NCBI RefSeq assembly: GCF_036365525.1
Contig: NC_090411.1
Span: 31,884,432 to 31,948,431, forward strand
Direction: 5' to 3'
Length of the DNA stretch: 64,000 bases
Source: Heterodontus francisci
Lineage: Eukaryota
In this document: one piece after another, positions 48,632 through 60,784 of the stretch
How positions within the stretch are numbered: the stretch's first letter is position 1
Layout: every line of letters starts with the position of its first letter
Made by a program: the position numbers and the translations under genes
The notes under the pieces: model-generated
What the model was told of the DNA's origin: nothing
Database searches by the model: none
What the model saw: only the letters and a program-made list of their open reading frames with translations

Positions 48632-50944
48632 TGGTGTTTAATGAGGTAACAGTCTGGAGAATGTGGTCTACAGTTGTAGACTTCCCATGGACAAAGTTAA
48701 GGATGCTAAAAGGATTTGGAGAAAGACAAAATGGAGCATATTTGGGTGAATTGGGATTGGAGCTTTGGCCAAAAATGGCAAAGCACACTCTATGAACTGA
48801 TCTAGTCTCCTACAATGGTCCCTCATAGTATTGGGTTGCACAGATTATCTTTGCTGCTAACCCTGTTGACCTTGGGCATAACATCCCTTGGACTTTGCAC
48901 TCCCATTAACAGGACCACTATTCTGTTCCAGAAGCCAGAGCAGGATGAGTGGAGCAATGGTCTGGAGACAATGCAGAGAGCTCTGCAGATGGAGAAGGAT
49001 GTGAACCAGAGTCTGCTGGATCTGCACAAACTCTCCACTGGCAACACTGACCCTCATGTAAGCTAATATTGGAATGAGTTTTCAGGTTGGAAGATTATAA
49101 TTCGAATCTACCCTTAACTCTAGTAGAATTCCATATAGGTTGGTTACATGCTCGCATTTTGGGTGAAAAGGCCATCACACTAGCTGTAGATCACTGAACT
49201 GTTCACAAGGCACTTGGTTTCTCCAGCATCGATCTTTTGCATTCACTCCCTGTATAATAGATTTGACTTGCCACATGTGGGTAAATTTTGGTATTGTCTG
49301 ACTAAACTTATCCACAGGATCAGAATGATTTCTTTCTGTACTGACCACTTGGCCTGCTGCCTGTGCTTGTTTTCTAGAGCAAGTCTTACTCCATGTATAG
49401 AACTTTCACCATTATCCCAGTGTAAATTTAAAAAAAAAAAAAAAATCCAACAAAGGTACTTGCTAACTTTTTATTTTAAACAATACTCACCTGATTTCTC
49501 ATGTTCTAGTTGTGACTTCCTGGAGACTCACTACTTGGATGAGCAAGTGAAGATGATCAAGAAGCTTGGAGATCACATCACCAACCTGAAGAGACTGGGA
49601 GCCCCTGACAATGGCATGGGAGAGTACCTGTTTGACAAGCACACACTGAGTTAATCAGCATTCTAGAATCATTTGTTCTCTAATAATTGAAATAAAATGT
49701 GATACATTTCTGGTTAATATGCAATTTTCTCATTTCTTGCTGTATGTGGAAATAAAATTATTTATCATGGAGTGATTTTGTTTATCTTTGTATAGATAAG
49801 TAATTCATTTCATTATTCAGATCACCAAGATACCTAGCTGTCTAATATCTAATTCCACTGAAACTCTACCATTCCATTGAGTTTTGCTCTCCTACATCTA
49901 TCTTCTGAAAATTGATCCAATGTCTGCTTAGGCTGGTTTGCTCACATCTTCCAATTTTCATTGAGAAACTTGTGGGGAATATCAGAAATATGGACGTTTT
50001 ATTGCAAAGGTAGTTTCTTGTGTCTGCCAGTGAAATATCATGCAGTTGTGTAACATGAGGAAGTGGCACAAATTTGTTTTGACCCCTGATCCGACTGGAG
50101 CAGCAGGTGATGCAGAGAGATGTGATTGAGTTGTGAAAATGCTGACAGGTAGACAAAGGAAGATCTATTCCTGTTAGCTGAGAGGGGATTTTTTTTTTTT
50201 AACAGCCAGTGGTAATGGCCTGGACTTTGCTGCCCATGAGGATGGTGACAGTGTAGCCAATAAATGATTTTGAAAGGAAACTGGAATAGCATTTGGATGA
50301 AAGATACTTACAGGTGCAAGAGTAGGGGAATAGGTCTGATAGTGTTGTACTGGTCACCAGAGACTCTATGGACCGAATGGCCTCCTGTGCCTAAAATGAC
50401 TGACGCTATTCATTGTAAATATTCACCACCATCATCTACCTTTTGGCTAGGTTGTCATTTGTTCAACCACTACTTGCACCCTGATTCACCAGGAGCCATA
50501 CTTACGAATGTCTGGGATGAGTGAATGCAGAAATACTTGGGTCAGGTAGTTATAACACACTCTATTTCAGGTAAAATCTTCCCTTGCAATCAAGTCTCAA
50601 TAGACTTCAGTTTTGCAGAAGCAACAACACAGGACTTTACAACTCTTAAATTCCATGGGCTTGACCTCCATGTTGCACTTAGACGGAGCAATAGAGTTCT
50701 GTTTGAAGCTCTCCACTTTTCATTTCCCCAGCAAGTCAGTTGCTTTGCAGATTCACTGGAATGTTTCAGGCTGTTTCATGTTTCATCTCTTTTGATATAT
50801 TGTGGTCAACATTGGTATCACATTCATTCTAGACCCATCAAGCGCAGTGTCAATTCTCCAAGAGATGGATCCAATTGTGCTCAACACAAAATAAATTTCT
50901 ATTTGCAGACTCCTGCGATTATGTTGACAAACTCTGAATCCGAG

Positions 50945-53095
50945 AACAGATTCACTTTGAGAAAACTCAAAGAAGCCAACATCAAATATATCACTGACAA
51001 GATTCTGCTGAAGAGATTGGGAAAAATGGAAGCACATGGAATTGCAGGAAACCTTTACATGTGGTCATAAGTTGGTTGGGAGATAGGAAACAAAGAGTAG
51101 GGATAATGGGTATGAACTCCAATTGGCAGGATATGACTAGTCATCTCACCCAGGGATCTGTACCGGGGCCTCAGTTTTTCACTACATTTATAAATGGCAT
51201 GAAGGAATCGAGAGCCATATATCCAAGTTTGCTAATGACACTAAGTTAGGTGTTACAGTAGGTAGAGTAAATTGGAGCAGAAAATTGAAAAGGGACATTA
51301 AGTAAGTAGCCAAAACTGTGATAGATGAATTTCAATTTGAGATAGAGCGAGGACAGAGAGAGATAAATCAGAATATTTTCTAAATGGTGAGGAGCTAGGA
51401 ACTGTGGAGGAGCAGAGAGAGTTAGGGGTCCGTGTACAGAAATTACTAACAGCTAGTGGACTGGTACATAAATGAATTAAAATGTTGACTAGACTGTTAG
51501 ACATCATCTCAAGGGTCTGGAATACAAAGGGGTGGAGGTTATGCTATATTTGTATAAAGCTCTGGTTAGATCATATCTGGAGTACTGTGTTCAGCTTTGA
51601 TATATTGACCTTGGTGGGAGTGCAGCACAGATTCACCAGAATGATACCAGGGATAAAGGTTTTAGATTACAAGGCAACTTGCATTAACAACTCTTGTATT
51701 CTCCAAGTATAGAAGAGTGAAGAATAATTTTAATTGATGCGTTGAACATGAATAATAGATTTGATAGGTTATTGTTATGATGGTGCTGCTACATTTCTTG
51801 TTAGGGATTTTTTTTGAGGACTTGTATTTTACAATTATGGACATTGTTTTATTAAGGGAATACTGAAAAGGATTCGATAGATATTTTTCGCTGTGGTCAT
51901 TGACAGGACACTGAGATGACTTGTTGTAAACAACACTCATTGGAAGTCACCTGTCATCAGATAAATATCCCAGCAGGGGCTTTTTGACTTGGAGAAGATA
52001 TTTACAGAGAAGTGACAGGTCAAAATTTATAGGGGTCAGGAGGCTTGACTCTTGAGATATTGTTTTTGGTTTTGCTTTGAACAGTGTGTTGGAGTGTGAA
52101 CTGTTTTGAAGGCAATTGGAGAAAATCAGCCAAGAGAGCAGTCACCATCAGCATCCTCTTCCATCTTTTGAGAACGTCCTGTGAATTAAGTGTAGGAAAT
52201 AGAGAAACTGATGCTGCATGTCTCCTGAAAAGGCTGCCAGAAACACCTGATGCCGCATCTCACCTGGAAAACCAGCCAAACTGACCTTCAATGTCGCCTG
52301 AAAAGAACTGTTCTGGAAAGATCCCAGTGGCAACCGTCTAAGCGTATTTGGGACGCCAAACCAAAAAAGGGACAACTGACATCTTTCCGTATCTTCTCTG
52401 CTTTCTTCAAGAATTAGCAAGTATTTGGCCCAAGTATTCTTTTTTTCCTTTTTTTTAACAGAGCTCTAAAAAGAAAATCTAATTTTCTGGTTATCCGATG
52501 TGTGTATGTGTGTGTGTCATGGGCTAAGTTAAAAGGGAACTTTTATATTTCAATCTGTGTGTTAATACCTTGCTATATTACTGGTTAGGTCTCGTTTTAT
52601 AACAAACTGATAATTTTGTTGTTTATTAAAGAAACCTGTTGGTGTATTTTCTTTTGGGATAACAATAGAGTCCATGATTGACCGTATCGGTAACTGGGTA
52701 AACATTTAAATATATGTTGTGACCTGTGGAGAATTGGTGCTAGAAAATACAGTGAATTCCTCCCACCTCAGTCATAACAGTATATAGAGAGAAACTATTT
52801 TCTCTGGTGGGGCAGTCCAGGACAGGGGGTATAATCTTAAAATTAGCGCTATACCATTCAGGAGTGGTGTCAGGAAGCATTTCTTCACAAGAAGGGAAAA
52901 ATCTGGAACTGTCTCCCACAAAATTTTGAGATCAATTAAACATTTCAAAACTGAGGCTGTTAGATTTATTTTAGGTACGGGTATGAAACAATATGGAACC
53001 AATGCAGGCAAATGGCCATAAGACACAAACCATGATCTAATTGAATGGTAGAACAGGCTTGAGGGGCTGATTGGCCTCCTCCTGTTCCTATGTTC
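50945..53095 (+). mobile_element. Old CR1 3' fragment abutting the copy 9 promoter, interrupted by solo LTR B
   Basis: Collinear with 34080-36692. Confidence 0.75.
51773..52779 (+). mobile_element. Solo LTR family B, duplicate
   Basis: Perfect inverted termini TGTTATGA...TCATAACA; flanks ttat / gtat; collinear with 34892-36382 minus the MITE. Confidence 0.8.
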
Positions 53096-53109
53096 CAATC
53101 ACATAATAA

Positions 53110-53312
53110 TCATCCAAACCTGCCTGTATTCCACAGCTCTCATTGTCTCTGGGTCCAACCCCACAGCCCGTCTACATTGTCAATTGGTGCCTGATTCCTG
53201 AATGATTCATGAACGATTCCTGACTGGCTACCTGGAATTGTCAATCATCAATAATGATGTCATTCCCCTGTTTGAATGCAGGGTGTCCCACTAGTATAAA
53301 TACAAGAGATTG
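53110..53312 (+). promoter_or_regulatory. Conserved proximal promoter of copy 9
   Basis: TATAAA at 53295-53300; small internal duplication (gattcctgaatgattcatgaac). Confidence 0.72.
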
Positions 53313-53373
53313 TGCAGGAAGCAGTTAGATTGTTGGAGTTTAGTTTTTTTTTTTGCTAATAGTAAAGATTATG

Positions 53374-55643
53374 ATGGCCTCTCAAGTGTGTCAGAATTTC
53401 CACAAGGACTGTGAAGATGCTGTTAACAAGCAAATCAACATGGAGCTCTATTCCTCCTATGTTTATATTTCCATGGTGTGTATTGTTTTCTTGGGGTCCT
53501 ATTTCAAAGTTAAGACTGGAATTTCAATGCATTTTGAGTAGCTAGAATTTCTCTAGGTCCAGCAATTGGGTTTATAATCTATCTCTGTAGTTCTCCCTTG
53601 ACTTAAATCAGTGAACACCCTTGAAACAGGGACTTTATTCCTTGCTCTGTAATATTTGTTCCCAAGTTTGAAAGTAACTCCAAGGTTCTAATAGAGGATT
53701 CATGTTGAAGATGTATAAACCTAGTCATCTTTTCCAACTTGGATGGCAACAATTAAGTTTAGTGACTAGTTAGTGAAACATTGTCTGACTTGTTCTGGTC
53801 TTCCCACCCCCCCCCCCCCCCCCCCGCCCTTTTTTTTTTTGTAGATGAGTAAATCCTGTGGTGTTGAACTCTTTTGTACGAGCAGTAATGATATTGCATG
53901 AAGTAGTAACCTGAAAGTCTTATTGTATTGAGTGCAACTTCTTTTTGATCACTTGTACCTTCACTGGGGGACAAAGGATGTCCTGCTGATAACTATAGTT
54001 TGAGTGCCTGAAATGAAACTTTGATCCAAATAATATTACTGCTTTTTTTGTAATGTTACAGGGAGGGGCATTTCAACAAATTTAGCATTTTACAGCCTAA
54101 ACTTGGAAACCCAAGCCCCTTTAATTGAAAGCAAATTCTTTTGTGATAAATCATATAGTAAATAAATCACCCATTCTTTTTGACATGGCCATAAATGAGA
54201 TTTGGGTCTGACCTCTCCCCTTCCCATTTTGTCTCTACCTGCAGTCCTATTACTTTGACCGGGATGATGTTGCCCTGCGTCACTTTGCTGAGTTCTTCAA
54301 GGAGCAGTCACATGAGGAACGGGAGCACGCTGAGAAACTGATGCAATTCCAGAATAAACGTGGAGGCCGAATCACCTTGGCAGACATCAAGGTTGGGATC
54401 TTATCTTCATGGAATCCATGATCTAACTTGGATACTTTCAGGCTATGTTCCTTATTCTAATAATGTCAGTACTCAATCGAGAGATTAATGAGTAAAATTT
54501 CTAGTGTTGGTGAGTTGGTCTGACTGACCTTTGCCTCTTCTATATTTATAAAATCAATAAATGGATTTTCAGAAGGAACAATTTCTGCATTGTAAACTAT
54601 TGGTTCTTATGGTGCTTAACTAACTAGGTAACAATCTTGAGAATGTGGGCCATAGCTGTAGATGCCCCATGGATGTAGTTGAGGATCATAAAGGAGAAAA
54701 AGAAAATTTAGCATATTTGGGGTAATTGGGATTAGAGCTTTGGCCAAAAATGGCAGTGCAGAGGCAATGAACTGATCCAGTGTCCTGTAATTGTCTGTCA
54801 ACCCAGTGATTAAACCCCATCCCTCATAGTATTGGGATGCACAGATTGTCTTTGTTACTGCTAACCCTGTTGACCTTGAGCATAACATCCCTTGGACTTT
54901 GCACTCCCAATAACAGGACCACTATTTTGTTCCAGAAGCCAGAGCAGGATGAGTGGAGCAATGGTCTGGAGGCAATGCAGAGAGCTCTGCAGATGGAGAA
55001 GGATGTGAACCAGAGTCTGCTGGATCTGCACAAACTCTCCACTGGCAACACTGACCCTCATGTAAGTTAATATTGGAATGAGTTTTCAGATGGATTAAAT
55101 GATATTTGCAATCTGCCCTTAACTCTGGTAGCATTCCATATGTTTTGGGGCCTTTTTTTTTTATAAAAAAGGATCACGAAACTGCTCACAAGGTACTTGG
55201 TTTCTCTGACATCAATCTTTTGCATTTATTCCCAGTGTAATGGAGTTGACTTCCACATGTGGGTGAATTTTGGTCTTGTCTGGCTAAATGTATCCACCGG
55301 ATCAGAATGATGTCCTTCTGTGCTGACCACTTGGCCTGCTGCCTGTGCTTGGTCTCTAGAGCAAGTCTTGCTCCCATGTACAGTACTTGCGCCATTATCC
55401 CAGTGCAAATAAAAAAAAAAATAAAAAAAATTTTATGAAGATACTTGCATTTTTTAAAGCTAACTATACTCGCTCGTTTCCTGTTTTATGTTCTAGTTGT
55501 GTGACTTCCTGGAGACTCACTACTTGGATGAGCAAGTGAAGATGATCAAGAAGCTTGGCGATCACATCACCAACCTGAAGAGACTGGGAGCCCCTGACAA
55601 TGGCATGGGAGAGTACCTGTTTGACAAACACACGCTGAGTTGA
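53374..55643 (+). CDS. Ferritin copy 9, intact, 173 aa (alternative ATG at 53371)
   Basis: Exons 53374-53475, 54245-54391, 54936-55061, 55497-55643; GT-AG; [32 protein letters not shown]. Confidence 0.94.
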
Positions 55644-56385
55644 TTGGGGTTCTACAACTATTAATTCTATACTTGCTGAATGCTTTTTGATTCCCAGTTT
55701 TCTCATCTCTTGCTGCATATGGAAATAAATGTATTTATCATGGACTGATTTTGTTTCTTTGTATAGATAAGTAACTCATTTCATTATTCTGATCACCAAG
55801 ATGCCCAGCTAATGGTTGATTTTCTACTGAAACTTGAACATGCCTTTAAGTTTTGCCCTTCTACATCCAGCTTCCTAAATTTGATTCAATGTCTGACTAG
55901 GATAGTTTGCACATGTCTTCCATTTGTCACTGAGAAACTTGTAGGGGATATGTGAAATGTGCAATTTTGCTGCAGATGAAACGTCATGCAGTTGTGTGAT
56001 ATGAGGAAGGGATGCTGAATTAGTGCCTTTTGTTTTCACCCCTATTCTCATAGAGCAGAAGGCAAGGCAGAGAGATTTGATAGAGGTCTAAGGATGCTGA
56101 CAGGTTGAGAAAGGAAGATCTAATCCTGTTAGCTGATAGTACAAGTACTCGGGAATACTACTTAAGGGGTTTGGGCAAGATAAGTAGCAGTATCTGAGGG
56201 GAACAATATTTTTTTATACTGCCAATGCCCTGGAACTTGCTGAACCTATTGTGATCAAGATTGGTATCCCTGACTTGTTCTAGACCCACACAGGGATACA
56301 TCAATTCTCTAAGCCATGTTAATTTAGATCCAATTGCACACACAATGCAAAATGGGATTCCCATTAGCAAACTTGTGGGATTACA

Positions 56386-57052
56386 TTATGACTAGGTGAG
56401 AAGAGGGATAGGAGTTCACTCTCAGCCTTTGTCTGGTTTAACTGTGACGGGGTTTAATTTTAACAAGTGCTTTTAAGCTCCCTTGAGTCAATCCTTGTTC
56501 ACTGCTCCAAGTGTCAGGTTAAGAAATCAGACAGGTTTCTTTAGATTTCAGCAAACAAGGGAGAAGTTTATTAATCTTAAACTCTAATCCAGTTAACGAC
56601 TACAACTATGTAACACGACCACACTAGCATGCATACGCAATAAACACATGCAGATAGAGTCAAGGGGGAAAAGTTTGAGGCAATATCTGTTAGTTATTTA
56701 CTGACCTTGGAGTTCAATGTGGAGTGTGTGGGTGCTGGTACCTCCTGCTATTTGTTGGGGACCCGTTCAGCATTCAACTTGTTTTGATGTCCGAGTCTTT
56801 TCTCTCTTGAGGTGTACGTGTCTTCCATGTGGCCGGGTGCTTGGGAGAAGGCGAGAGAGACAGCCAGGAGAGGGGCTTCCTTGTTCGAGCTTCAGTTGCA
56901 CACCTGATTTCTTTTCAGGTATGGCACAAACAAAAACCCAAGTTGGCCAGTAGGTCAGTCATGTGACTAACTGGCTTAACCACTTCTGCATTTGTGAATT
57001 GTATTGTCTTCGGCCCTGGAATGCACTTCCTTGCACCTTCAATGTCGGGTGG
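56386..57052. mobile_element. Truncated duplicate of solo LTR family A (without the SINE)
   Basis: Collinear with 22343-23340 minus the SINE; right end lost at the deletion that removed exon 1 of copy 10. Confidence 0.78.
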
Positions 57053-57429
57053 TGGGGGCAGGGAAAGGAAATGAGGTTTGTGAGGTGGGGGGGAATATGA
57101 GGGGGTGGTGTGGGTGGGTGGGCTGATGGTGAAGAGAGACAAGAAGATCTCCTGATAATTAACTGTAGTTTGAATGCTGAAATGAGACTTTAATCCAAAA
57201 CTCATTACTGCTTTTATTAATGCTGGTCAATGGGAGGCACTTTCAACATATTCAGGAAAACATTGAAGCAATAACTTGAAAACCAAGCCCCTTAATTGAA
57301 AGCAAACTGTCTGAAGTAAAGAATGGGTGACTTATCTACCATGATGTTGCTATCAATTTTTTTGACTTGGCCATTGCTGAGATTTGGGTCTGACTTGACT
57401 CTTCCTTTCCATTTTGTCTCTACCTGCAG

Positions 57430-59105
57430 TCCTATTACTTTGACCGTGATGATGTTGCCCTGCGTCGCTTTGCTGAGTTCTTCAAGGCGCATTCACATGA
57501 GGAACGGGAGCACGCTGAGAAACTGATGAAATTCCAGAATAAACGTGGAGGCCGAATCATCTTGGAGGACATCAAGGTTGGATTGCAACTTCTGTAATGT
57601 AATTGTAGGTTGCTTAAAAGATGTTTCCTCATGAACACCCTTAAATTCCTAATCCAGTGAGATTTAATGAGTAAAATTGCTAGTGTTAGTGAAATGAAGA
57701 TGGGTGTTATGATGGGCCAGCCTAGCTAATGAATAGAGGAGGATCACTAAATGTGGATGTTCAGAAGGAATGAGTTTGTCCGCCAGAAACGAACTACTGC
57801 TTCCAATTTTATGGTGCTTGGCAAGGAAACTATTCTGGAGAATGTGGATCGCAGCTGTAAAGTTCCATGGATGAAGTAACTTGAAGATTTTTCTTTAAAT
57901 GGAGTGTAATTGGGAACGGAGTTTGACTCTGCCCTGCCATTTTTAGCCAATGGACTGATCTAATGGACTCCACCCTTCATACTTCCTCATAATATTGAGG
58001 TGGACAGATTAACTTCTGTTGCTTTTAACCCTGTTGACCTTGAGCATAACGTCCCTTGAACTTTGCACTCCCATTAACAGGACCACTATTCTGTTCCAGA
58101 AGCCAGAGCAGGATGAGTGGAGCAATGGTCTGGAGGCAATGCAGAGAGCTCTGCAGATGGAGAAGGATGTGAACCAGAGACTGCTGGATCTGCACAAACT
58201 CTCCACTGGCAACACTGACTCTCATGTAAGTTCCTAACATACCAATTTTTCATGAGTTAGTGATATTGGAATCTGCCCTTTACTCTACATTGGTAAAATT
58301 CTGTGTAAGTTTGTTTTTCACTTTCAGATTTTTGTTTTTGGGCCAAGAAGCCATCTATACTGCAGACCTGGATCACTAAACTGTTCCCAAGACACTTTGT
58401 ATCTGCAGCATTAAAATGTTTCTTATGCAGTCCATTCACCATTTATTAAAATTGATTTGCTATTTCTGGGTAATTCTGCTCTTGTCTGGTTAAATGTGCC
58501 CATGTCAAACTATCCCAATACAAAATAAAGTAATTTCTCTTTTGGAGAAGATCCTCACTAAACATCTAAAATAAAAGCAGAATACTGCGGATGCTGGAAA
58601 TCTGAAATAAAAACAAGAAATGCTGGAACCCCTCAGCAGGTCTGGCAGCATCTGTGAAAAGAGAAGCAGAGTTAACGTTTCGGATCAGTGACTCTTCATC
58701 GGAACTGACAAATATTAGTAAAGTCGCAGTTTATAAGTAAGTGAGGTGGGGGTGGGGCAAGAGATAACAAAGGAGGTCTAGATTGGACCAGGCCACATAG
58801 CTAACCAAAAGGTCACGGAGCAAAGGCAAACAATATGTTAATGGTGTGTTGAAAGACAAAGCATTAGTACAGATTAGGTGTTAATACACTGAATATCGAA
58901 CAGCAGCAAGTGCAAACCTGAAAAAAAACTGTTTGGCATTTTCTATTTCATGTTCAAGTTGTGTGACTTCCTGGAAACTCACTACTTGGATGAGCAAGTG
59001 AAGATGATCAAGAAGCTTGGAGATTACATCACCAACCTGAAGAGACTGGGAGCCCCTGACAATGGCATGGGAGAGTACCTGTTTGCCCAGCTCATGCTGA
59101 GTTGA
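57430..59105 (+). pseudogene. Ferritin copy 10, lacking promoter and exon 1
   Basis: Exons 2-4 at 57430-57576, 58100-58225, 58959-59105 are open, with many substitutions ([32 protein letters not shown]); no exon 1 or TATA block between 55643 and 57430. Confidence 0.87.
58569..58930 (-). mobile_element. Penelope-like 3' terminal fragment in intron 3 of copy 10, with hammerhead-like motif at 58670-58706
   Basis: Highly similar to 30697-30990; empty site aacatcta|tttggcatt at about 29913-29929 in copy 6. Confidence 0.82.
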
Positions 59106-59686
59106 TGAGCATTCTAAAATTATTAGTTCAAAAATATTGGTAGAAACAAAATGTGACCCATTTCTGGTTAATATGCAGTTTTCTCATTTCTTGCTGTATG
59201 TGGAAATAAAAATATTTATCATGGCCTCATTTTGTTTTTCTCTGTATAGATAAGTAACTAATTTCATTACTCAGGTCAGCCAAGATACCTAGCTGTCTAA
59301 TATTTGATTCCACTGAAACTTTACCATGCCTTTTAAGTTTTGCTCTCCGACATCCAGCTTCTGAAAATTGATTCAAAGTCTGCTTAGGCTAGTTTGCTCA
59401 CATCTTCCAATTTTCACTGAGAAACTTGTGGGGAATATCTGAAATATGCAATTTTTATCACCAAGTTAGTTTCTTCCATCTGCAGATGAAATGTCATGCA
59501 GTTGTGGAACATGAGGAAGGGAAACTGAATTTTGTTTTGCCCCCTGTTCTCATTGGAGCAAAGGGCAATGCAGAGAGAGTTGATAGAGATGTGAAGATGC
59601 TGACAGGTAGACAAAGGCAGATCTATTCCTGTTAGCGATTGTACAAGTACTTGGGAACACAGACTTTGGGGGGTTTGGGCAAGTGA

Positions 59687-60040
59687 TTTTTATTTTATTT
59701 AGAGATACAGCACTGAAACAGGCACTTCAGCCCACCGGGTCTGTGCCGACCATCAACCACCCATTTATACTAACCCTTCACTAATCCCATATTCCTACCA
59801 CATCCCCACCTGTCCCTATATTCCCCTACCACCTACCGATGCTAGGGGCAATTTATAATGGCCAATTTACCTATCAACCTGCAAGTCTTTTGGTGGTGGG
59901 AGGAAACCGGAGCACCCGGAGGAAACCCACGCAGACACAGAGAGAACTTGCAAACTCCACACAGGCAGTGCCCAGAATTGAACCAGGGTCGCTGGAGCTG
60001 TGAGGCTGCGGTGCTAACAACTGCGCCACTGTGCCGCCCC
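59687..60040 (-). mobile_element. HE1-like tRNA-derived SINE, full length
   Basis: Minus strand GGGGCGGCACAGTGGCGCAG...GGTTCAATTC head and A-rich tail; empty site gggcaagagatgtaggag at about 39773-39790. Confidence 0.88.
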
Positions 60041-60784
60041 ATGTAGGAGTATCTGAGGAGAATCTTTTTTCTTTGTACAGCCATTGGCAATGACCTGGAA
60101 CTTGCTGCGTATGAAGATGGTGGTAGTGTAGCCAATAAATAAGTTCAAAAGGAAACTGGATGAGCATTTGGAGGAAAAAAACTTGTAGGTACTAGAGTAG
60201 GGGAATGGGGCTGAATGTAATGTACTGGTCACGAGAGACTCCATGGACCGAATGACTCTTACACTATTCATTGTAAAATATTCACCATCTTAATCTGTCT
60301 TTTGGCTAGGTTGTCATTTGTTCAACCACTACTCACCAGGAGCCATTTTAATGAATGTCTGGGATGAGTGAATGCAGAAATCAGGTAGTTATAACACTCT
60401 CTATTTCAGGTAAAATCTTCCCTCGTAATCAAGTCTCAATAGACTCCAGCTTTGCAGAAGCAACAACAGAGGACTTTACAACTCCTAAATTCCCTGGGGC
60501 TGGACCTCCATGTTGCACGTAGACGTAGCAACAGAGTTCTGTTTGAAGCTCTCCACTTTTCATTTCCCCAACATGTCAGTTGGTTTGCAGATTCGCTGTG
60601 GAATGTTTTGGGCTGGACAATCTTTTTCAATATATTGTTGTTAGCATTGTTATCATAGATTCATTCTAGACCCATCAAACGCAGTGTCAATTCTCCAAGA
60701 GATGGATCTAATTGTGTTCAACACAAAATGAAGTTCCATTTGCAGACTCCTGCGATTATGTTGACAAACTCTGAATCTGAGAAC

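Larger units (their letters stand above)
43870..49654 (+). pseudogene. Ferritin copy 8, probable pseudogene (2-nt deletion at the start of exon 4)
   Basis: Exons 43870-43971, 44718-44864, 48932-49057, 49510-49654; exon 4 starts ag|TTG TGA instead of ag|TTG TGT GAC, giving a stop after 126 aa. Confidence 0.8.

Noticed and set aside
50525-51070. 181-aa ORF MQKYLGQVVITHS... in the spacer
   Set aside because: Paralogous spacers (33659, 60372) are interrupted by stops or frameshifts, and the 3' part runs into CR1 remnant
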